Shown piece after piece: positions 36,201-45,900 of a DNA stretch of 64,000 bases. Origin of the DNA: a virus. Taxonomy: Duplodnaviria; Heunggongvirae; Uroviricota; Caudoviricetes. The stretch's first letter is position 1; each line of letters begins with the position of its first letter. The notes below the pieces were generated by a model. It ran no database searches and had not been told where the DNA came from. It saw only the letters and a list, made by a program, of their open reading frames with translations. The stretch is from the IMG/VR virus record IMGVR_UViG_3300018475_001475; one strand, written 5' to 3'. The position numbers were made by a program, and so were the translations under genes.

Positions 36201-38724
36201 CAACCACAATTTCTGAGGTTTCCAATAGTATTGCTTTATAAGTTTCTGCATCTTCTAATAAATCAGAATATGCTTTAACAGGAGTTACGTCGTCAACAGA
36301 AATGTTACTTGCAGCATCGCCAATCTGAGTAAAATAATCTTTGACGTTCTCTGCGCTTAAACCGACATACGTAAGAATATTACTTAATTCTTGAGAACCA
36401 TTAATTGCAGAATTAAAGTCGAATTCTTTGCCTGCGCTAACAGCATCTAAAATTTGTTGCTTGATCGATTGAATTTCGTCGCTTGCATTTTCACCAAAAA
36501 TACGGTCAAGTGCAGTTACCTCAGCACCAGAGGCACCCTCGCTAATAGAGAACTTATCTAGGAAATTATACCATCTATCTAGCTCGGCATTAAGTTCTTC
36601 GTCATCTCCATATTCGAGACTGCTGTAATACTGTTGCATTTGTGACAAATGATCATACATTTCAGTTTCGATTTCGGTTGTTCTTTGTTGTGCTTCTTGC
36701 CATTTGTCGAGTTTGTCAATATTACTTGAATCTTTTTGATATTTTTTAAGAGCTTTTTGTTCGTCTTCTCTTGCGGCGTCTAGAGCTTTGGTGTAAGTTT
36801 CATACCAAGAATCATATGATCCATCGTTGGCAGCAATACCAGATCCGGCTAATTCGCCAATCTTATTTCCGGCTAAACCACCTGCGGCACCGAGAGCTAC
36901 CCCTAACTTTAATGCTCCTGCGGCTCCTGCGGCTGCTGCACCACCGGCTGCTGCAGCACCTCCTGCGGCTCCTGCAGCTCCTGCACCCACAACTGGGGCG
37001 GCCGCACCACCAGTCAGTACTATTGCCGCAGCTCCTGCAATACCAAGTAATATACCGCCAATCGTACCCCATGTTTTTGCAGTTTGTTGTGTTTCTTCGG
37101 CACCCTGAGAAGCGGCTTTGGTATATGCTTTCATAGATGCGACAGCTTGTTTATTACTAGCGTCTTGTTGAAGCTCTAACAATTGTTGCTGTATCTTTAA
37201 AGAATGTTCTAATTCTTCTCTTTGCGCTTTAAGCTTTTCTAGTTCTTTATCATCAGCAAATGACGGTAGTTTTTTATCGTTTAATTCATCTATTCTACCT
37301 TGCAGAGTAGCAAGTTCACTCTCTAATTCTTGGATTGTAGACTTAGTAGAGTCTAAAACATTTTGTATTTCGTCAAACGCTTCTTTTGCTGCTTCCGCTG
37401 CCTCATGTGCTGTGGTTGTAAAAGCGTCTAAGGCCCATGCCGCTGCAGCAATACCTGCTGCAACAAGATACATTGGGTTCTTCAGCAAAATTCTACCTAA
37501 TGCTTGAAGTGCTGTTTTTAATCCCATTGCAGACATTGCTGCAAGATACTGTGACGCTGTAAGTTGATCAGTCACATATTTCTCGGTTAGTGTTGCTGCG
37601 GTTGCTTTAACCTGTTCTGCAGTCAATGCGGTTTTAACGCCTTTTAATCCAGCCTCTGCTATGATTTGTTCTTTCAAGCTACTAGTTAAACCTTTTGACG
37701 CCAGAGCTCTTGCAACATCGGCCTTTGTCGCAACTCCAGTTGCGGCTGTCATTTGTTGGATAGACGTTAATGTTTGCTGTATAGTAGTCGTTATACAACT
37801 AAACATCTCAGAAAATGTTTTTTCATCTTTGAATTTTTTATAGATCAGCAATGCGCCGACAATTGCAATGATTTTGCCATGTATTGTATCTAATTGTTTC
37901 ACTAAAAATGTTCCAATATCAACAACGCCCTTAACAGTCTCAGAATCTATTAAATTCATCCACATAGTTTGGATGGTGTTATTAAAGATGTCAACGCGGC
38001 CCTGGATTGAGTCTAGGTATGTATTTAACTCACTCATTGCAGAGCCTGAAGCGCCAACAGCAGAATCATAAGCATCTTCAAGCACATCGCCGTTCTGGAA
38101 TAGTGCAGCAACGACGCTACCACGCGTCTTGCCAGCTACAAGTTCTAAAAGTGCGGCTTGTGAAACGTCATCCATTTCTTTCCAAACTTTTGAAATGGCA
38201 AGCAAAATATCATACGTCGACTTAAAATCTCCAGACTCCGTTAAAATATTGACACCGCCTTTGCCGTCAATATTAGTAAGAGCCATAATTTTTTCTTGTA
38301 ATTTGGAGGTGTTCTCCGCCATTCCTTCGGTTTCTAAACCGGCCTCTTCCAATTCCGTTTTAACACCACGAATACGCATTGAGACAGTTTTCAACGCATT
38401 ACCAACAGACTCAGGATCCTGAATCGTTGTGTTTGCAGCAGCAGTCATTGCAATGGACTGCTCAAGTGAGTTGTTTGCGGCAACAAGAGCGGCTGAAGAA
38501 CGTGTTAAACTATCTGCGAGATCACTAGTACTGATTGCGTAGTTGTTACCAACTTCGTTGTATTTGTCGATAATTTGCATACTGAAAGTACCGACATCTT
38601 GGCCTTCTTTTTTGAAAGCCTGTAGTGATGAAATTAATGTATCCGTTGCTTTGTTAACGTCATCAAACTCAGATACATTCATTAAAATTGAAGTATTTTT
38701 TGCAAGCTCGCCAGCTTCTTGCAT
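30289..38724 (-). CDS. tail tape measure protein, TP901-type core, 2811 aa as called
   Basis: TMP core-like segment, Gly/Ala-rich TM segment, long coiled coils; ATG has no SD and an in-frame stop 12 nt upstream, so the N-terminus is probably not the true protein N-terminus. Confidence 0.85.
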   Translation of the reverse strand: MQEAGELAKNTSILMNVSEFDDVNKATDTLISSLQAFKKEGQDVGTFSMQIIDKYNEVGNNYAISTSDLADSLTRSSAALVAANNSLEQSIAMTAAANTTIQDPESVGNALKTVSMRIRGVKTELEEAGLETEGMAENTSKLQEKIMALTNIDGKGGVNILTESGDFKSTYDILLAISKVWKEMDDVSQAALLELVAGKTRGSVVAALFQNGDVLEDAYDSAVGASGSAMSELNTYLDSIQGRVDIFNNTIQTMWMNLIDSETVKGVVDIGTFLVKQLDTIHGKIIAIVGALLIYKKFKDEKTFSEMFSCITTTIQQTLTSIQQMTAATGVATKADVARALASKGLTSSLKEQIIAEAGLKGVKTALTAEQVKATAATLTEKYVTDQLTASQYLAAMSAMGLKTALQALGRILLKNPMYLVAAGIAAAAWALDAFTTTAHEAAEAAKEAFDEIQNVLDSTKSTIQELESELATLQGRIDELNDKKLPSFADDKELEKLKAQREELEHSLKIQQQLLELQQDASNKQAVASMKAYTKAASQGAEETQQTAKTWGTIGGILLGIAGAAAIVLTGGAAAPVVGAGAAGAAGGAAAAGGAAAAGAAGALKLGVALGAAGGLAGNKIGELAGSGIAANDGSYDSWYETYTKALDAAREDEQKALKKYQKDSSNIDKLDKWQEAQQRTTEIETEMYDHLSQMQQYYSSLEYGDDEELNAELDRWYNFLDKFSISEGASGAEVTALDRIFGENASDEIQSIKQQILDAVSAGKEFDFNSAINGSQELSNILTYVGLSAENVKDYFTQIGDAASNISVDDVTPVKAYSDLLEDAETYKAILLETSEIVVDNTKVTEDYKDSLIALVGSEAEVNKYFDKNNKLIVKDAKGLNNLVKATKKNVAANASLAKAQARLQYYELFQKMRNCIKAEGVVIAGKKQEILALYQEMNALEKTIAKYARLEAQLLDTNNAYNEFEKAQESDSATDYISSVETWITALGEAFNTAELGTEAAQVAIAGLVPESVYEDLDTVDEKMAAIYDYFKTGKIAQYFDLSFDEDGNIESAEMKLGNLRKFIEDGLANGTFIGSDWKHFDLSEDIDSLEKFKDAMGVTEEVAFAFIESMEDHDIEWLNGDYSSMFEDLLPDNLANDIYENTSALADLAVQLANGEITAEEYTSQWNELSKASQENAQKARENATAWIETSKDVDEAKNKVQTLADELDTMYEQGASEAEIKLKTDELEAAKQDLTKTVEKLSELETMDPVVLQVALDHAQAEIDAFEKDNDTLLAKVEIVQDAESGEFDYDVKAGIALDESEKKELEGYLEDLNAKYNFEGALGDEVVTYEDQLQSIEDILQNIYDKMSGRDPADANTTNDADGATESVDTNGFKEFFTTTLPEEAKELWGTIDAFFTEIIPDKWNEFWENVGKKFDEIKEKANILKEKVTDFFTTTVPEKWEEFWDNVGEKVTEIKKFAGELKEQVNTFFTETLPKKWDEFWSEVDKFLFETIPYTISYSAGAISRFFTETVPQKWDEFWNAVRTKFDEVKANAEILKEKVITFFTVTIPEKWNSFWDAVGTHLEELKADAKVLKDKVVTFFTSTIPEKWNAFWDEVGVKLEELKEQAKILKTKLTDFFTVAIPEKWNEFWDGVGTFITETIPTALETIKEGVTTFFTVTIPNAINGLWDSITTWIAEKAATIWSNLTAGYKAGKSGGKYNPGSSGAQNVNGTAHVRGTAHKSGDWGLPQNEHNSLVGELGPEMVVDPSTGRYYTVGDNGAEMVDLPKGAIIFNHKQTEGLLKNGYVTSRGKAYAEGNAHLTIWPNQSSQTQWEGTGYSGPDDPTWDPIEALDDAADSQKDAADSLSDAADEFREVFDWIEVRLEEINEKLSLKGAQLENAVGSSSQNNIINEMIKINEELRDNLLAGANEYYSYAKTLLAKVPAEYQVAAQDGTIAIEEFVGEVDEKTLEAIQEYRDWVQKGADTTQQAEEVLTEIQSLAKQAFDNIVNEFENQLSLNDSKLGRLESENGLLETDKGFGAEDIYQAMIDENEAKVELLKQQAAAMQAELDSGKIKEGTDAWYEAVNAIAEVDTEIVNLNTEIEDLQDSINEMHWGQFDLLMKQFAAVSDEAENLLDILATKDAVDELGNWTDEGITSLGLLAQQMEVAEKEVEKYKVAFERLEKGYKEGEYTLEEYTDKLEELKSGQYDAIKSYHDAKDAIVDLNKARVDAIKKGIEEEIDAYSELIDKKKEALSAEKDLHDFQKTVMDQSKNIADIERKLAALSGDNSASARAQRAKLEAELYEAKAELEETYYDRSIENQQNALDKELEHFQDEKNKEMEELDKYLESIERVVADSLAMVQENTNAVLQTLTNMQAEYSLNITNSLLAPWQAGEYAIQNYGVKLGMSLTEMAAMFGLTVDEFANKLGITTEMMVSNLNITVAQLAETLGLTNEEMAARLGLTVTDLSGMMDMTIQQLAANMGITLPLLAEQLGTITVGLAGNLDMTMTQFAGSMGLTVEELANKFGLSTEGLANKLGMTYQEMMSPFGLSMSATVDALKALEKEYQTILDSINAESKATVDQVNQAMKDYQDSKDKKPQEKPKEDDTSKEQQNQTPKGRTEQEYYGVALAIWNGGYGWGDGSTRVKNLTAKGFDANKVQQIVNQMGRDGYVHSSAWRGKYHGIKDLAPYHINKFAKGSSGVSKDQWAIIDELGDELQLVPGKNGRLEYVKKGTGIIPADATANLMSWSELNPQDMLDRNRPAITPSNSVVNAETKIDCSVGTLVNIEHCDQNTLPDLEKMVNKAFDKHMQNLNNSLKRYTRG
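31090..31600 (-). repeat. in-frame tandem 39-bp repeats (about 12 copies) encoding GLTV(D/E)E(F/L)ANKLG-like units in TMP
   Basis: Periodic protein motif LGxTxxEhAxxhGhT read in the TMP translation. Confidence 0.6.
33690..34610 (-). repeat. in-frame tandem about 111-bp repeats (about 8 copies) encoding FFT.T(I/V)PEKW.EFWD.VG... units in TMP
   Basis: Eight near-identical 37-aa units in the translation. Confidence 0.7.
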
Positions 38725-38747
38725 ACTATCTATTTGTTACTCTTTTG

Positions 38748-38784
38748 CATAAAAGCAAAAGGGGTAAGCGATTTCTCCTTACCT
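38748..38784 (-). terminator. hairpin + U-tract downstream of HEG, immediately upstream of TMP-part ATG
   Basis: minus-strand GGUAAG-GAGAAAUCG-CUUACC then CCUUUUGCUUUU. Confidence 0.4.
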
Positions 38785-38891
38785 CTGCACTTTCATTATT
38801 AGATTATATGTGCAGAACAGAGTACATCATCATCCTATGTTTTAGGGTGGTTGGCGTGCAAATATGTGTCACCACATATAAGACTTACTCG

Positions 38892-39800
38892 TTACGGATT
38901 CCAAATATTTAAGACTGTTTTTCTTACCTCTTCTTCTGATAAAGTATAAGGCAAGCGTATTAATTGAATGTTGTTTTTTATACAATATTGAGTTTTAATA
39001 TCATCATTCACTTTTCTTCTGTTAAACTCTTTTTCCCCGCCAAAATATTCAATTGGTTGAAAATGTTGAATACCATCATATTCAATACAAGTATTATAAG
39101 TTGGTAAATAAAAATCAAATGGTAATGGCAATATATTTCTACAATCACCAAATCTATGATTATAAATATATGTTATATTATTGTCGTTTAAAATATTTTT
39201 AATTAAATTTTCTCCAACAGAATCATGCTCGCCACATCCACACGAATGCGTAAATCCTTGAAGTAAATTGCCCATATATACAATAGAAGTGTTTCCGCAA
39301 TCACAAGAACATTTACAATATGTTTGTTGATTTTTATATCCATAAAGCATTTCATCTACAACTAATTTACCGAATTTCATACCAAGCAAATCAGTTCTTC
39401 TGCCGTCCCAACCCTTTTCATAGGAATTGCATCCACAAGAAGTTGTATGTCCAGAAATTAAATTTGATAAAGAACAAATGTGTTCATTATTACAATCACA
39501 ATCGCATAAACAATAAGTTCTTTCATTTTTGTAGTTGTACAACATTTTCTTAACAACAAGATTGCCAAATCGATCTCCAACTATGTCACTTCTATAATGT
39601 TCTTGTGATAATTCTTTTCTTAAGCATCCACATGATTGAGATTCTCCTATTAATAACGAGTTTTTATAAACCATTTTTATTGTTTGTTTTTCACATAAAC
39701 ATTGACATTTACAATATGTTTTTCCATTTTTATATTTTGGAATAACATCTAGCACAATCCACCGGCCAAACTGTCTGCCAACCATTTCTTCATTAGTCAT
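38892..39800 (-). CDS. free-standing homing-endonuclease-like protein
   Basis: Three about 50-aa repeats FG(R/N/K)hhV...NG/ER/QQTYC.C.C.C...SCGC; C-terminal FDFYLP...IEYDGIQHF resembles Vsr/DUF559-type PD-(D/E)xK nucleases; preceded by GGAGG and the early leader motif. Confidence 0.6.
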   Translation of the reverse strand: MTNEEMVGRQFGRWIVLDVIPKYKNGKTYCKCQCLCEKQTIKMVYKNSLLIGESQSCGCLRKELSQEHYRSDIVGDRFGNLVVKKMLYNYKNERTYCLCDCDCNNEHICSLSNLISGHTTSCGCNSYEKGWDGRRTDLLGMKFGKLVVDEMLYGYKNQQTYCKCSCDCGNTSIVYMGNLLQGFTHSCGCGEHDSVGENLIKNILNDNNITYIYNHRFGDCRNILPLPFDFYLPTYNTCIEYDGIQHFQPIEYFGGEKEFNRRKVNDDIKTQYCIKNNIQLIRLPYTLSEEEVRKTVLNIWNP

Positions 39801-39824
39801 ATATTCACCTCCATACTTGTTTAA

Positions 39825-39840
39825 ATTAATTTTGTATTGT
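39825..39840 (-). promoter_or_regulatory. copy of leader motif ACAATACAAAATTAAT upstream of HEG RBS
   Basis: Exact 16-mer on minus strand, same position relative to RBS as in early genes. Confidence 0.4.
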
Positions 39841-39921
39841 TAACTTAATGTCCTAAATATTTAGTCTTGTCCTCGGAATTGCCCATCTCTGGGGATTTCC
39901 CGATAAAAGCCAACTTTTCAT

Positions 39922-42900
39922 TTATGTATCACTACATAAAGGGGCTGATTTTACAATCGACCCAAGTCTCGCCCAGTCTGCTGCTGAGCTTGTTAAATCC
40001 TTAACTGTCGCACCAATAACTGCACCAGTCTTTGACATGTCTTGCAAGAAGCTTCTATAACTTGCATCAGTTTCATCGGTAACTTTCTTCAACTCGGTCA
40101 AAGCGCTGTCAATTTCTCTTACGTACTGTACACCTTGTCTAATAACAGACCATACTTCATGGAAGCTAAAAGAAGCAATCAAATAAGCACCAATTGATTT
40201 AAACTTACCCTTTAATTCATCAAAGAATGCACCGAATGCGCCTTGCACCTTTTTTGTATCTCCGGCCATTGCAACAATTTCATTTCTTGCATCTGTAAAT
40301 TTTGCTGTCATTTTGGTAAACGTACCATCGCCATTATCGACAGCAAATACGGCTTCATTAAAATTCTTTTTGAAATCTTCTGCGCTTAAACTAACTCCAT
40401 ACATTTCCTTTGCGAAATTAGCAAGGGCTTCTTTCCTTCCATTTGCATCATCAATAAAGTCTGATCCCAACATGTAATCGTCTGGATTAACTTTTTCATT
40501 ATGAAGCTTTAAAGAATTTTTAATTAATTTGTCTAAAGCCTTGGCGTATTCATTACATTCTGTTGTTGCTACTTTAAATTTCTCTTTATCGTCAGTTGTA
40601 ATGTCAGCCTGATTATTTAAATCATTGCGAATGTTTTGCATTTTTGTATATGCTTGATCATATGCTTCTAGCGCTTTAGAAATTTCTGAAGAATTAACAA
40701 ACTGATCACTTTTCGAAATCTGACTTAAACGATTATGTTTTGCCGTAGCGTTGATCATGGCTGTATCGCCAAACTTAGAATTCTTCTTCTGAGATTTTGC
40801 GGCGTCTTTTGCAATTTGATTTGCTTCGATTTGTTTGTTTATTTTTTCTTGTAATGCAGCAGTTATCTGTTCGAGGCCTGCCAATTCGACCGCATGTCCT
40901 TCTTTGACTTCTTGTTTTTGCTTATTTAAAAGGATAAGAGCTTCTGAGTATTTATCAAATAATCCTTTTCTTTGTGGGAAAGTTAATTTATTAAAGCTGT
41001 TTGTTAACTCTTTTTGATACAAGTTAATCTTTCCAAAATTCTCTTGTTCAAAAACAGACTTAGCAACTTTAATATTATCCTTTAAATCGTTAAACTTCTT
41101 AGCCCAACCAGTTAAATCTCCTTGAGTAGTAACTTGATGTAACTCGGTTCCAAGTTTGTCGAGTTCATCTCGTAAAGATCTAGAAACGTATTCTACATTC
41201 TCTAAATCTTTTCTATACTTATTAAACGAATGGGTTTGATTATATAGGTTTTTCTTGAAAGGATCTTCAGGGGTTGCATCTTGTATTTGCTTTGGCTCTT
41301 GTGGCTTTTGTGCTTCTATCGAACCTTTGCTACCTTCAGTTTGTGTTGCAGTTAGAATATTGCCTAGAATGCTATTTGTTTGCTGAAGTGTTGATTCTAG
41401 AGCATAGTCACCACCAACAATTTTACCAGCACCAGTATCTAATTTAGGACTTTGTTCGACTTTAACATTTTCATCCTTTTTGGCTGCATCTTCAAGTTGA
41501 TCTTGCAATTCTTTTTGTTGTTCTTTTTCTGCAGTAATTTGCTGCTCAAGCTTAAGTTCTTCACCAAGCTTTAATAAATAATCATTTAAAGAATTCGACG
41601 CATCATCTGCAATCATTGCATTAAATTCATCGCTGGTCGCATCATACATCTTATCGGTTTTTGTATTGTATTCTGCTGATAAATTTTTATATAAATCGTA
41701 TACATCTGGCCCATTAACAAGATCATTTAATAGTACGGCGTCATCATAAGATAGATTAAACGCTTCGTCATAACCTTGAGGGTTATACTTGCTTAACTTA
41801 ACACTGCTTAATTTATTCTGTAGATTAATAGCCTCCGCTTGTAGCTCTTGAAGTTTTTCAACATCGTCTTCTGTTTTAACAATTGGGAGATTTGCAATCT
41901 CTTGTTTTTTTGCTTTAAATGCTTCTAATGTTTGTTGAACTTCAGCAATTTCACTAGGTATTGCATTATCAGGAGAAATCAAGAAATCTATAGGATCGTC
42001 AGCAAACATCTTACCTTGTAAATTTGTATATTTCTGATAAAATGTAGCCATATCCTTAATTGCATTCTGTGCATTGGATGATTGAGATTTATATGCGTTT
42101 TCATAGTCTTCAACAGAATATCTCTTAGATTGGAATGCTAAGGTTTCACCATATTCATTTGTTGGTAAATCATCATCGACGCTAGGTTCTAGTAACTCTC
42201 GGTCAATTTTATTATTATATGCTTCATAAACCTGATTTAAATAATCCTTAACATACTCTAAGTTAATACCATATTGTTTCTGGATACATTCAACTAAACC
42301 ATAAACCTGTTCAATATCATATGAAGAATCGTTTAACAAATCTTCAACCTTGCCATCGTCAATTAAATCTTGAGAAGATAAATTAACATCGGATAAATTG
42401 GATAACAATGTTTTTAATTTTTCATCCGCATCTTCATCATGTATGGCAAAAACCTCATCAAATAATTTGTCCTTTACACCCCAATAATCAATTTTGTCAG
42501 CTGATGCTGTTGGTGATAATTCAGTTTGAGCCGTTGCTGTCTTTTTGTTATATTCCTCAAAGACCTGATCTAAATAATATTTAACATCGCTCAAATCTGT
42601 GGAATGTTTATTTTGTATTTCATCAACTAAAGCATAAACATCCTCAATTTTTGCAGTTTCACCTTCGACACCAAGCTGGATTTCGCCATCATCGATAGAT
42701 TCTTGCTCTGTTACCTGCACCTCTTTAAGATATTCGATTAACTTATTTAACTTTTCTTCTTTCTTACCAGTAGCAGACGCATATTCGCTAAGAGCTTGAT
42801 TGAACGCATTATTATACGCAGCTATGTTATCTACTGGTTGATCATTGATATCATCCAAATCAAAATCATCCAAATCAAGGATAAGATCTTCGTCAAGTCT

Positions 42901-45900
42901 ATAACCTTCTTGTTGATTTTGATTGTATTTTGCAAAAACTTTATTTAAATAGTCTTTAACTTCTATTAAATTTGTGCCCCATTTTTGCTTAATCTCATCA
43001 ATAAAAGCGTATAATTCTGATACATCTTTGAATTCGCCATTAAAAGTACTATAGTACTTTCCGTTATTAATGTCATCCTCAAGTGCGCCATTCTGTGCAG
43101 TCCAATCCACATGCTTAAGCTGATGCCACACATGAGCCAACATATTAAACTCTTCGCTGCCAGCCTGTTTGGAGTCAACTAAGCGTTTTAGATTATCAGA
43201 CACTATATCATAATCAGACTTTGGATCAACACTCATTACTCCGTTAAAAGCTTTATCGATGCCGTCTAAGTCTGCATTTTTATATATCTCAGATATATAA
43301 TCTTGAACATAAGATAAGTCGATACCTGTATTTGCAGCAACACTATTAAGTTTATCAATAAAGTCTTTAACTTTCTCAATTTCTCCTGTTGCCTGATTGA
43401 GATATCCGCCAATATCAATGAGATTTGGATCCGCATATGGCCCATCAATTGTCTTGTAGATATTATTTACGCCATCCCAAACATCACTAATGTCTTGGAC
43501 AACTGGATCATCTTTGTTTTCAGCATCTTTATGTAGTTTATCGGATACGCCGCTAAACATTTGCCACGCTTTATCTTTTTCTCGATTCAAGCCTTGTTGG
43601 GCCTGCTTCTCTTCCTCAATTGCCTGAGTATTCATCTTATGCATATTTGCTTCTAGATTAATACCCTGTGCATTTTGTCCGAGAATTCCAAACTTAGATT
43701 CACCGGTTAGATTTGCTACGTGCTTCTGTACGCCAGTTGGATCGTTTAAAACAGCGTTAAATAACTTTGCGTCTTCACCGACCATTTTCTTAGACGATTC
43801 AGTTCCATATTGCGAAATAGAAAACTGATCCGGCAGTGTATTACTTATAGCTTCCAAATTTGCATAATATGCAACTAATTTTTTATCAATGTCAGATAAC
43901 CCATTATAGGCCGCAGCAAACTGATCTGCGATAGTACCGTCACCCACAACATCAAGAGAGTCTGGTATAGATCCTTGCTGGAATTGTTTTAATGCACCGT
44001 TTTGGAAATTTGTATCTTTACCAGCTTTATGCGTAAGCTTGCTAATGTTTTCATCTAACAAATCCTGTATTCTTCGTTTCTCAAGATTAACCAATCCGGC
44101 ATTTATCTCATCTTGCATCTCTTTTGTCTGTTTATTATAAAAGTCCTCAAATGTTTCATTGGTTTCTTTAAACCACGAAGTATCAGCGGATTTCATGCCA
44201 AATATTTCAACTTCGCTCTCAATATGAGAACCTGCATTGCCTATGGTGTCTTTTGGTTTTACTTTTACAGTGCCTATATTGGAACTGAAGTTCTCAGCCT
44301 TTTCTTTACTAAATGAGAATGACATCTTAGATTCGTCGCCATAGACTAAAGGAGAATCATCGCCACGATATAATGTAAATTCCGTATTTAAGAAATCTTC
44401 AAAACTATTAACATTTGGATTCTTATACGTACTAGGAAGCCAATTTTTATACAGATGATACATATAGCTCAAAGCTGCATTTCTGACTTCGTCATCTTGT
44501 AAGATTTCATTTTCAAGTTGATCTTTAACTGGGAATTTTTGAGGGCCATACCATTGAGATGCAAGACCAGGGGTGAGTTTATTATTAAATATTTTGTGCG
44601 CTTCGCTCTCACTAATCTCATGGAAATCTATTTTCTTATCATATCTTGCCTGTTTCCAAAATTTTTCTAACTGAGATATAGATGTAAATCCTGCAATATC
44701 TTTTAATCCAGCCAAAGACTCATCTTTTGCAAAGTCTTTCCACTTCATATTTTGAGCTTTTGTTTTTAACTGAATAAGTGCTTCAAGCGCAGCCTTTTCT
44801 TCGTCTATCGCATCAGCGTTCTGTTCATGTGCGGATTCTTCGGCTTTAGTTGCTGCAATTATTCTTTTATTAGAATCAATTTGCTGTTTACTTAGACCAT
44901 TAGGATTAATAATATTAGCGTCTACACCATGTGCAATATCATACAATGTATCTGCAAGCATGGTTTGAATATCTGCGTGCATACTGCTTGGAGCAAACTT
45001 AAAATACTCTTTAATAAATCTATCAAGATTTTCTTGTAGAGTATTCTGGCTGCTAACAGTATGGTACTGATCACCAACTAGTCCAAGATCAATAATAGAA
45101 AATCCCTTATCTTTATCATAAAGAATATTATCTCCGCCAAAATCAATAAACAGACCATTATCGCTAAGTGCTTTCATTGTGTGTACTAGGTCGCTTAGTT
45201 GGTCTTTACTTGCTTTTAACACATCAGCGTTAACATCCATTTTGTGATGACTAAATGCTGCCTCGCCAGGAACAGTATTTTGAATCTCATAGAATAAGCC
45301 GTGCGCTTCGTCTTTGATTAAATCAAAAATCGCTCCAATTTGTGCGCCAGCCTGTTTGGCACTTGCAAGTTGTGCCTGTAATTTTTCAGATTTGCCTAAA
45401 TAATCTTGACCATACTGTCCGGTAATACGTCTCGCAATCATAGTATATTGATCAGAAACGAAACCACCCTTATTTGTAAATCCAGATTTAATTGATGACA
45501 GATTAATATTGCCGGATGAATCAATTAAATTAAGTGATTGCAATATACTATTTAGTTCGTCATCAACACTTTGAGCTCCAGACTCTAACTTGTCAAAAAA
45601 TTTAGCAGGTTTGTCGCCAGACTGAGATATATAGTTAACTAGATTTTGGAATGCAGTTTGTGTATCAACAACTTGGCTTTCAGCATTATTTAGTGCATCT
45701 GTTGTTTGTCCAATATCACCACTCATGTCATCTAACGACTTGTTAGCATCTCCAGTCATATCTTCGATAGGAATATTAAAGGTTATGCCGTGCTGCTTAA
45801 TTAATTTATCTATTTCTTTTTCTATACCACCTGCATCAATATCACCATCAGCAATAGCATCAGCAAGATCTAGATCAACTTTTACACCCCATTTTGAAGG

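Noticed and set aside
36771-37136. Plus-strand ORFs (Arg/Leu-rich 121 aa and Ala/Pro-rich 93 aa) and a minus-strand Arg/Cys-rich ORF at 36863-37072
   Set aside because: They lie inside the Gly/Ala-rich, GC-rich segment of the TMP gene and are alternate-frame shadows of it; no RBS.
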